DNA of 63,964 nucleotides, the filler included, from Thraustochytrium aureum (lineage: Eukaryota): assembly GCA_012862495.1 (NCBI GenBank). It is 5 parts of 4 records of this genome, joined end to end, with 100 filler letters (N's around TTAATTAATTAA, not from the genome) between each part and the next. Parts side by side here need not be neighbours in the genome. Positions count along the whole stretch, not along the records: positions 29,343 to 60,963 come from BLSG01000422.1; 4 more parts are not named here. One strand, written 5' to 3'. Below the pieces are notes generated by a model that was not told the DNA's origin, did no database searches, and was given only the letters and a program-made list of their open reading frames with translations. Shown here piece after piece: positions 46,201-55,503 of the stretch; the stretch's first letter is position 1; every line of letters starts with the position of its first letter. The translations under genes were made by a program, and so were the position numbers.

Positions 46201-48194
46201 NNNNNNNNNNNNNNNNNNNNNNNNNNNNNNNNNNNNNNNNNNNNNNNNNNNNNNNNNNNNNNNNNNNNNNNNNNNNNNNNNNNNNNNNNNNNNNNNNNNN
46301 NNNNNNNNNNNNNNNNNNNNNNNNNNNNNNNNNNNNNNNNNNNNNNNNNNNNNNNNNNNNNNNNNNNNNNNNNNNNNNNNNNNNNNNNNNNNNNNNNNNN
46401 NNNNNNNNNNNNNNNNNNNNNNNNNNNNNNNNNNNNNNNNNNNNNNNNNNNNNNNNNNNNNNNNNNNNNNNNNNNNNNNNNNNNNNNNNNNNNNNNNNNN
46501 NNNNNNNNNNNNNNNNNNNNNNNNNNCTGACGTTCGGCAAGCTGGCGGTCTTGCAACGTGCGCTTTGCAGCTCGGCGTCCGAGCCTGCCGCGGACTACGC
46601 GTTGCGCGACTTGAGCGGCAACGAGGCGGTTCCGCCGCAATGCCACGTTTGCGCTGGCCTGTTGGAAGGCGAGCGCTGCAGCACCTTCGGCTACTTGACC
46701 GCGGATGCGCGCCTCGAGCGAGGCTTGCTCGAGCCAGGCGGCGAAATAGCGCAGCTTCGAGTTGACCAATAGCCGGGCCGCGAACCGCCTCGCCTTGCGC
46801 ATTTTCTGGGCGAAGCCACGCCAAGCTGTGACGATGGCGCATTGGCGCGCCATGTAAAGCTTGGCCAGGTAGACGCGCAGCTTGGCGAGGCGCGCGGCCC
46901 GCTCTGATTGCGTGACTTGGACGACCTTGTCGAAAACGTCTGCAAGCGACCGCCGGTACGCGCGCCGCATCATCACTTTGACGCACAGCGAGCGGTCCGT
47001 GTAGATTTGCCAGGAGCGCAGGCATTTGTAGACGAGCGCGTTGTTCAGCCTCGTGACGCAGAGATTGACGCGCGAGATCACCGCTTCGCGGTGCGCAAAC
47101 GCGAGCCGCCCGCGGCGCCCGCGATAGACACGCTGAAGAAGGCAACTTGCTGCAATCATGCTGGCCTTGCGGCTGGGCCAGTATAAGCGCCACTGCTTCT
47201 GAAAACGCAGGGCAGCCCGCAGCAAGCGGCGCGCGAGCCTTCGGCCAGGCAGACGCCCGAGCCGCTCGTGGCCAAAGTAGAACACCAGCCAGTCCTGTTG
47301 CGCACCGTACCGGCTCTGGAGCTGTAATAGCTCAATAAAGTCTGCGCAGTCCTCTGTGCAGCGCTCCGCTTTGAGAAAAAGCTGCTGTTCTCGCTCTTCG
47401 TGTGCCATCATGGCGCACTCCAGCTGCTCCCGTGCAGAACACTCCATGTGCTGCTGTCGGTGGACTTGGTCGCGCAAGCTCGAGAAGTGCGTCGAAGTCC
47501 AGGTGGGAACTTGCGCGCTCTTGGAGGTGCAGACGCGCGACTGTGTGGCGGCCCCGACCAGGTCGGTTTCCACCGTGAGCCGTCCTGGGTCGGTCCAGTC
47601 GCTGCCCGGCCCTTGCTGTCGCCGCGGGCGGATGTCGAGGGGCCTGCGCACGGACCTGTGCAACTGAGTAAGGATCTTGCGAGACTCTGCCGCGACAGGG
47701 TCGCTCAGCGCTTGCTGGAGCTGGAGCTTTGCGGCGTGCTTGGCGCCTTGCAGCCGTCGGAGCCAGGACGCGCGCCAGGCCGCATCCTCCGAGCTCTTCT
47801 CCAGCAGGCCGGCGCGCCAGGCCGCTTGCTCGGCCTGGACCTGCTCCTCTCCCTCTTGGTTTGCCGCCCTATCGAACTGGGCGTAAAACGAGCCGAACGC
47901 GTGAATCAGGTCCCTTCCTCGTGGCGCTCCAGCCTTGGCCCTGCAAGCCCCCTCTGCCTGGCAGCCCCCGCGTCCACTTCTGCCGTAGCGCATTCCTCGT
48001 GCTCTCTCCAGCACGAGTTGGGTCTGAGGAATCCTCCTTCGCGCGCGGGCGCAACCGCCCACGTTCGTGAGTTTCGCGTTCGTCGTCAATTCGGAATCGA
48101 CTTGGCCGCCGCGAGCGCCTCGGCAGCCATGGACCTGGCCGTCCCCAGGGCCCGCGAAGGCCCCGCAGGACATCCTCAGGTCCATCAAGTCCAT
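43294..48194 (-). CDS. IQ-motif, Sfi1-like repeat and WW-domain protein, seen as three segments (46527-48194, 44977-46080, 43294-44045) separated by N gaps; may be one gene
   Basis: IQ motifs LQRVYRGRRGR, AQRVVRGRLGR, IQSLARGKIGR, IQATVRGMFAR; WW domain KLWDSSNKAYYYVDKRTGARSWAKP; periodic Trp repeats; C-terminal coiled coil ending at the stop 43294. Start and continuity uncertain. Confidence 0.6.
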
Positions 48195-48606
48195 GCCAAT
48201 GCCGTCCCCGTCCACCTCGCGCCGCCGCCGCGGCCTGCCTCTCTGGCGACTGCTCGACCAGCGCCGCCTCGCTCGCGCCTGCTCGTCCCTCCACTCCCTC
48301 TCCTCTTCCGCCCCAAACCCGCTCCACGGCTTCCTCGCGGCCTCCCGCGGCACGTATTCCCTTATTCCCTCCACATTTTCGCTCGAATCGCGCTCCGTGC
48401 CGAGGCGCCCGGCAAGTTCCCAACGAACAGAACGAACAGGCAACGGATAGGTCGCCTCGAGAGGGTTTATCGAGGGCGGTCGGAGCCTTCATGAGGGGAT
48501 GTCGAGGCAGTTTGGACTCTGCCGTTTCGCTTAGAGCGAGGCGACGGAGGATCTGGGGGACGTGCAGGCGAGCATCTTGGCAGAGCCGAGTGCGGCGCGA
48601 CCTGAG

Positions 48607-48783
48607 GGCAGAGAGGGCGCCAAGCAGGCAGGCANNNNNNNNNNNNNNNNNNNNNNNNNNNNNNNNNNNNNNNNNNNNNNNNNNNNNNNNNNNNNNNNNN
48701 NNNNNNNNNNNNNNNNNNNNNNGGCAGGCAGGCAGGCAGGCAGGCAGGAGACGGGCGGGAGACGGGCAGAGAGGGCGCCAAGC
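48607..48783 (+). repeat. (GCAG)n microsatellite spanning an N gap, flanked by a GGGCAGAGAGGGCGCCAAGC direct repeat
   Basis: gcaggcaggca on both gap edges; 20-bp duplication at about 48607 and 48764. Confidence 0.7.
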
Positions 48784-48901
48784 GGGCGGGCTTGTCCGGG
48801 TCTGGAGAGAGGGCTCCGAGCAGGCAGGCGTTTGGGTCGCCGTCCCGTTCGTTCGTTGTTGTCGAAAGCGCTTGCCGGGCTGCCTGCAGGGGCGCGCGGG
48901 G

Positions 48902-50868
48902 ATGTCGTACGTGGAGCTCGATGATGGCGATGGGGGGTCGTCGAGGAGGAGTGGGCCGGGAGATTATGGGGGCATTGATCAGGATTACTACGTGAGCGAG
49001 CACGCCGGCGCGGGCCACGGTGCTAGCCAGACGGCCTCCTCGGGCGCCGGTTGCGGCCAAAGGCGAAGGAGATCGGCGCGTCCATTCAAGCGGGCGCGTC
49101 CAAGTGGTTTCGCTCGACGAAGGAGTGGTTTGGCGAACAGCAGCAACGGTTTCAACAGCATCAAGGAAGGCAGCGCGAAACGCGGGAGGAGCTTCTCGAA
49201 GCGCACAGGCAACAGCGACGGGAGGAAAGGCGCGAGCAACGGCGCGCAAGGCGCCAGAACGGGGCTCCCAGCGTGGACAGCCTGGACGACAGTGCAGACC
49301 CGGCCAGCCTCTTCGTGCAGCACGAGATCCCGATTTGCTTCGGGGAGGTCGTGAGCGGCGATCTCGACCCGACCCGGCCTGAGACGCGATCGCTCTACCG
49401 CTCGCTGGCAGTGCGGATCCCCGCCGGAGCGACACCAGGGGAGGAGTTTTGCGTTGCGCTCCCCACGGGCGAGGCGCGACTTGTATCCGTGCCCACACAA
49501 CTCGGGCCAGGTGACACTGTCACTATTGCGTACAATGGGCACATCAGCGACTCGTTTGGCCTTCTGTACCGCGACGGCGACGGCGACGGCGGCGGCGACG
49601 CGGCAGGTGGGGGGGACGAGGCGCCGGAGGGAGGCGACGGCAGCGGCGTGCCCAGGCGCGATTCTGGCGACGAGCAGCGCTCCAGCCCTGTGAGGCTTTC
49701 CCCAGACGAGCGGCTCGTCGAGTTTTACCGACGGCACAATCCGGAGGAGCGGGAGGCCTTGGTGGAGATAGGGCCGAACGGAGCAGGGCTGCGCACCTAC
49801 GACGGCGAGTTTGGCGTTCACGTCCACCACGCGGTGTTTGTCGGCGTGCAGACCATGCTGGCGGCGGATGACGTTATTGTAAGTGCAAATGGGCAGCCAG
49901 TCGTCTCGCAGCGCGAGTTCGAGCAAGTCTTGGGCTCAATGGAGGAAGGCGACTTTCTAAGCCTTGGCCTTTTGCGCCGGTCCCCGCCGCCTGTCCAGCG
50001 GTGCCCGGACGGTCACGCGCTGAGCCTGGTGGGCCCGCGCGACCCGCTGCCGATCGGGTCGGCTTGCAACCGCTGCTCCGGGAGGCTCTGGGATGTAGTC
50101 CGCGTGTACCGGTGCGGTACGTGCGACTGGTCCTTGTGCGAGGAGTGTTACGAAAGCGCGTTTCTCAACTTGAACTCTGGGTTGAACGCGAACCGCGGCG
50201 ACCCTTCTTGGGCGGCCGACTATGAGGAGTCGTTTGGCTCGACGCTGAGCTTTAGCTCCTTTGATGAGGGGACCAAGATCCGGATATACTGGCATGTGAG
50301 TTGAGTTGTGGGGGCGTTGGATGGATCGATGGGGCTCGGTTGGCGCTGACAAAGTCGCTTGTTTGCGGCGGCGGCGGCGGCGGCGGCACAGACGACGGGC
50401 GAGTGGTGGCTCGGGGAAATCCTCAGCTATCACCCCGACCGCGGGCACGAGATCCTCTACGAGGAAGGGACAGGCGAGGCCAAGCAGCGGTCCAAGCAGA
50501 CGATCCCAAACATTGCGCTGTACACCTACAAGGTGCTCCACCGAAAGAAGCCCGAGACACAAGACCCCTCCGCCGTTGCTCGCACGGGCGAGAGCGAGAG
50601 CGAGGCGCTGGGCCTGTTCGGGGACGGCGGCGGCGGCTGCGACAACGCGGCGGAGCCCGACGAGAGCGACCTCCTCGGCGTTGGAGCTCCTGACGATGAT
50701 TCTTTGGCGCAGGAACCAGCCTTTGTCCTGACCGAGGACGAAAAGTCCCTCGTGGACGGGATTGAAGCGGAGTTGGGAGCCCTGGAAAGTTACTCTGATG
50801 GGGCAGACTTGCTCGGCGGCGGCAGCAGCGAGAGTGCACGAGGCGCCGGGGACGGCGGCATCTTGTAG
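48902..50868 (+). CDS. Multi-domain protein: PDZ-like, C1/ZZ-type zinc finger, Tudor-like domain, acidic tail; frameshift at about 49060, intron 50296-50391
   Basis: ATG 48902 (MSYVELDDG); PDZ-like DDVIVSANGQPV; CPDGH..CNRC..YRCGTCDWSLCEECY. Splicing gives KIRIYWH|TTGEWWLGEILSYHPDRGHEILYEEG (Tudor consensus). Stop 50866-50868. Confidence 0.75.
50296..50391 (+). other. Spliceosomal GT-AG intron (96 bp, phase 0)
   Basis: GTGAGT donor at 50296, GCTGAC branch-like site at 50345, CAG acceptor at 50389-50391. Removal joins two ORFs in frame and restores a Tudor motif. Confidence 0.8.
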
Positions 50869-51166
50869 CGGCCCTCTAGCTAGCGATCGATTCAGCATGC
50901 GCCCATGAGACGCGGTAGTAAAATTGGAAAGAATAGGTAGTTGGGTGGGTTTGAAATGCGCCCCGCCTCCCGCTGGACCTCGGCGATCCATTCGCCACAT
51001 CGGACGACAAGCGGCCTGCGCCCGCAGAGCACTCGGAACAGGGTCGGCCAGGCTGGGCTGGTCTGCGCCGCGCCCGGCGCACACCGTGGCGGCCTTGCAA
51101 GGGCATGTCTAACTAATTGATTGCGGCTCTACGGAGGAAGGAGCCTGCGAAGGACGTCGGGCGGCT

Positions 51167-53043
51167 CTAGTCTGAGGATGCGGCGGGCGGCTTTGCGATC
51201 TGCGCGGCAACAACGTCGCCTTTTTCTTGGTTGATCTCCTTGGCCCACATGCCAGCGTACTGGCCGCCGAGGGCGAGAAGCTCGTCGTGCGAACCCATCT
51301 CGGCGACCCTGCCCTGGTCCAGGACGACGATCTTGTCTGCGCCCTGCACGGTTGAGAGACGGTGCGCGATGATGATCGAGGTTCGGTTTTTCGCGAGGCG
51401 GTTGAGCGAATCCATGATTTGGCCGCTGGTGTGGCTGTCGAGCGCAGAGGTGGCCTCGTCTGCGAGGAGGATTGGCGCGTTCTTGAGCATGACGCGGCTG
51501 ATAGCGACGCGCTGCTTCTCGCCGCCGGACAGCTTGAGACCGCGCTCGCCGACCTGCGTGTCGTAGCCTTCCGGGAGCATCTTGATGAGACTGTCAAGGT
51601 TGGCGAGACGGCACACTTCTGCCACCCTCTCCTTGGTGGCGTTCTGCAGGTCGCCGTAGGCGACGTTGTAGTACAGCGAGTCGTTGAAGAGGACGGTGTC
51701 TTGCGGGATGACGCCAATCGCCTTGCGCACGCTGTCGATGGTCACATCGCGGATGTCGCGGCCGTGAATGTAGACCGACCCTTGCTCGGCCTCGTAGAAC
51801 CGAAACAAGAGCCGCAAGAGCGTCGACTTGCCGCAGCCACTCGGGCCCACCACCGCGACGGTCTGGCCGCGCGGAATGTCGAGATTGAGGCCGCGCAGAA
51901 TGGGTCGCTTGGGGTCGTAGCCAAACCAGACGTCGCGGAAGGAGATCTCTGCTGCTGGGTCGGCCGGCTCGCTCAGGTTGAGGGGAGCGGCATTCGGGCT
52001 TTCCACAATTTTTGGGGGTTTGCCGCTGGAGGAGGAACATCTCGTCCATGTCGATGAGGGCTTGGCGCAGCTCGCGGTACACGGACCCGACAAAGTTGAG
52101 CGGCACGGAGAGCTGGAAGAGGAGCCCGTTGACGAGGACGATATCGCCGACGGTCATGGTGCCGGCGGCGATCTCGTTGGCTGCCATGTACATGATCGCC
52201 GTGAGCCCAGCGGAGAAAATGGCGCTCTGGCCAAAGTTCAAGAAGGCGAGCGAGGTCTGCGTTTTGAGCGAGGCTTTCTCGAAGCCTTTGAGCGATTCGT
52301 CGTACCGGTCGGCCTCGTGCAGGTCGTTGGTGAAGTACTTGACCGTCTCGTAGTTGATGAGCGAGTCCACCACCTTGGCGCTGGCGTCGTTCTCCAGCTT
52401 GTTCATGGACCGGCGGAAGGCTGTGCGCCACTGCGTGACCGAGACGGTGAAGGATACGTATGCGCCGAGCGTGAGCAGCGTGACGCCGGCGTAAGCGGCG
52501 CCGCACTTTGCAAGAAGGAGGCCGCACACCATTGCGAGCTCGAGCGCAGTGGGGACCACGCGGAAAACGAGGGAGGAGAGGACGAAATCGATGGAGCGGC
52601 CGCCGCGGTCGATCACGCGTGACAGTTTGCCGGTTTGCCGGTTCAGGTGGAACGAGAGGTCCATCGAGTGGAGGTGCAAGAAGACGCTTCGCGCAACCTT
52701 GCGGATCGCGCTCTGCGCCACGGAGGCGAAGACTGCGTTGCGGAGTTCTTGGAAGCCGGCTCCAGAGGCGCGGGCCAAGCCGTACATGAGAACGAGCGAG
52801 ACCGGGACGGCCACGACTGCCTCCGGGGAGATGCCCGCTTGGCCGAGCTTGGCCGAAGAGTTGTTGAGTATGTCGACGAGGTTTTTGAAGATGAACGGCA
52901 CGGCCACGGTGGCCACTTTGCCGAGCACGAGCAGGCCGAGCGAGACCATCACGCGCGTTTTGATCGCTCCAGACCCTTCGCCAGTGGGCCACAAGTACTT
53001 TAGCATCACGCGGAGAATGTGCGCTTCGTTTGTTGCTGGCTTG
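51167..53043 (-). CDS. ATM1: Mitochondrial ABC half-transporter Atm1/ABCB7 (N-terminus in gap); frameshift at about 52015
   Basis: [53 protein letters not shown]; Walker [10 protein letters not shown], signature [23 protein letters not shown]. Confidence 0.95.
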
Positions 53044-53661
53044 NNNNNNNNNNNNNNNNNNNNNNNNNNNNNNNNNNNNNNNNNNNNNNNNNNNNNNNNN
53101 NNNNNNNNNNNNNNNNNNNNNNNNNNNNNNNNNNNNNNNNNNNNNNNNNNNNNNNNNNNNNNNNNNNNNNNNNNNNNNNNNNNNNNNNNNNNNNNNNNNN
53201 NNNNNNNNNNNNNNNNNNNNNNNNNNNNNNNNNNNNNNNNNNNNNNNNNNNNNNNNNNNNNNNNNNNNNNNNNNNNNNNNNNNNNNNNNNNNNNNNNNNN
53301 NNNNNNNNNNNNNNNNNNNNNNNNNNNNNNNNNNNNNNNNNNNNNNNNNNNNNNNNNNNNNNNNNNNNNNNNNNNNNNNNNNNNNNNNNNNNNNNNNNNN
53401 NNNNNNNNNNNNNNNNNNNNNNNNNNNNNNNNNNNNNNNNNNNNNNNNNNNNNNNNNNNNNNNNNNNNNNNNNNNNNNNNNNNNNNNNNNNNNNNNNNNN
53501 NNNNNNNNNNNNNNNNNNNNNNNNNNNNNNNNNNNNNNNNNNNNNNNNNNNNNNNNNNNNNNNNNNNNNNNNNNNNNNNNNNTGCTTCGGGCAGCTTTCT
53601 TGTAAGCTACGTTTGTAAACGTGATGTTTGGGTCCTCGCGTCATGACAACCTCGAGGACGC

Positions 53662-53930
53662 GAGGATCAAGTGGCTTGTGGCTGGCGATTGCAAAGGCAT
53701 CGAGTTGGCGTCGAAAGGCGTCCTCGGGAATCAAGCGGCTTGTGGCGATCGAGTTGGCTTCTGAAGGCGTCCTCGGGAATCAAGCGGCGACAGCAAAGGC
53801 ATCGAGTTGGCGTCCAAAGGCGCCCCCGAGGATCAAGCGGCTTGTGGCGATCGAGTTGGCGTCGAAAGGCGTCCTCGGGATTCAAGAGGGTTGTGGTGAT
53901 AGCAAAGGCATCGAGTTGGTGTTCAAAGGC
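53662..53930 (+). repeat. Intergenic minisatellite, five 49-60-bp units with core ATCGAGTTGGCGTCGAAAGGCGTCCTCGGGAATCAAGCGG
   Basis: ATCGAGTTGG at 53699, 53748, 53801, 53850 and 53910 (periods 49, 53, 49, 60). Confidence 0.85.
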
Positions 53931-54111
53931 AGGTGAGGGGAGGAGCTATTGGAGACACGGCGCGCAGCGCGTCGCTCACCCCGCGCACCGCAATAGCTGC
54001 TTGCAAACAGGCAGCTGAAGCGTCGAAAGGTGGCGAGACCAGCGCCCGCGGCGGTGGCGAGCAAGTAGGAACAGCAGGCAGGAGACGGGCACACGGCGGC
54101 AAACGGCGGTC

Positions 54112-55503
54112 TTAGAGCTTGCCTTGGAGCGCGAAAGAGATGACCATCTGGATCGAACCAACGGCCACACCGAGAAAGGCGCCGACGAGAATGAGCTTGA
54201 ACTCGTCCTCCTCGAAGACAGGGTGCAAGACGCGCTCAAACTCGCGCGAAGGCAGCGCCTGCATCTTCTCCTTGATCTCGCGCTCCAGGTCGAGCGCCTC
54301 GTTGGTGTAGTCGTGCATGTACTGGATGATGTTTTCAATCTCGTTGACCGTGATGTCCTGGATGTCCTGGCGCATCTTCTCAAAGTTGTCCGTGCCCATG
54401 TAGGTGATGACGAGCGGGCGCGTGTAGCCGATCATGCGCTCCGTGAACTCGTCGGCGTGCTTGCGGAGGAGCTCCTCGAACTTGTCCGCCTTGGGCCCAT
54501 TCATCATGTAGTACCAGATGCGCTCCGAGTGCAGCACGGTGCCGACCATCTTGGAAGCAAACTGGGCGCTGGCCTCCTGCTGGCGCTTGAGGAAGAGCCC
54601 GTGCGCCGTGAAGCGGCCGCCGCAGAACTTGACAGGCTCGATCGGCTTGAAGATCATCCACAGCGCAATAAAGTTTGTGAGGTACCCCACCACAAAGCCA
54701 AGCGGCGGCAGCAAATAGTCGGCCTCTGGGGAGGGGATGACCCAGCGAAAGAGGATCGTCTGCACGCAGCCGAACAAAAACCCAAAGTAAAACCCGGAGC
54801 GCTCGATGAAGTTGAGCTCCTTGGCGCCAACGCTCATGAAGACAGACACCAGCAGCTCCGGGTGCTCGACCATTTCGGTGACGCACATGTGCTTGAGGTC
54901 GTACACGTCGTCCAGCTTCTCAACGAGCTCGCCCATAAAGTTGGCCGTGAAGGCGGGGAGCTCGCCGAGGGCCCAGGTGGTGATCTGGGCCTTTACAGCA
55001 GACTCTGTGCGCTTCCAGGTCGTCGTTTTCTGGATGATGTACTTGTCGCTCACGTCATCGATCATGCGGTCCAACGTCTTGTTGAAGCCCACCTTGAGGT
55101 GCTTGGCGGCTTCATCCTTTTCGATGCGGGCGAAGATTTCCTTGATGTTGAAGAGCTTTTCGGTCATGAGGTCGACAGAGTCGGAGGCCATCTTCTCGGC
55201 CTTGGTGGGCACGATGCCTTGCCAGCCGAAGAGGCCGACGGGCTGGTTTTCGAAGCGCATCAGCTCGGGGCCCCAGAACTTGTAGGGGAAGAAGGTCATC
55301 TTGAGGGCGACCTTGTTGGTCCACCAGCCCACGAACCCTGACACGAAGGGCATAGCCAGGTAAAAGTACCAGGGGAGCGGCTCGGCCTCCGCAGCGTCGC
55401 CCTCGGCAAGCCCGCGCAGGCGCGCGGCGTTTGTCATCAAGACATAGTTCGCAGCCAGCACGACGGCGACGGTGACGGCCTTCTCCCGCGTGAGCTGCGA
55501 CAT
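54112..55503 (-). CDS. DUF445 (YheB/UPF0754-like) membrane protein
   Basis: Two DUF445-type motifs, GFVGWWTNKVALKMTFFP..WQGIVP and GFVVGYLTNFIALWMIFKPIEP..GLFLKRQ; C-terminal FERVLHPVFEEDEFKLILVGAFLGVAVG. Confidence 0.85.
   Translation of the reverse strand: MSQLTREKAVTVAVVLAANYVLMTNAARLRGLAEGDAAEAEPLPWYFYLAMPFVSGFVGWWTNKVALKMTFFPYKFWGPELMRFENQPVGLFGWQGIVPTKAEKMASDSVDLMTEKLFNIKEIFARIEKDEAAKHLKVGFNKTLDRMIDDVSDKYIIQKTTTWKRTESAVKAQITTWALGELPAFTANFMGELVEKLDDVYDLKHMCVTEMVEHPELLVSVFMSVGAKELNFIERSGFYFGFLFGCVQTILFRWVIPSPEADYLLPPLGFVVGYLTNFIALWMIFKPIEPVKFCGGRFTAHGLFLKRQQEASAQFASKMVGTVLHSERIWYYMMNGPKADKFEELLRKHADEFTERMIGYTRPLVITYMGTDNFEKMRQDIQDITVNEIENIIQYMHDYTNEALDLEREIKEKMQALPSREFERVLHPVFEEDEFKLILVGAFLGVAVGSIQMVISFALQGKL

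Noticed and set aside
3395..52030. Many frameshifts read as pseudogenes or programmed ribosomal frameshifting
   Set aside because: They hit essential, otherwise intact genes (Sec24, ATM1, Hsp101, myosin), often in homopolymer runs (3397, 21552, 52010), with no in-frame decay. Sequencing indel error is the simplest explanation.
53662..53930. CRISPR-like array
   Set aside because: The intervening segments are short (about 9-20 bp) and reused rather than unique, the context is eukaryotic, and there are no cas genes.
14462..55503. A functional cluster of mitochondrial genes (MMAA, P450, ATM1)
   Set aside because: They lie on three different scaffolds joined artificially and are interspersed with unrelated genes.
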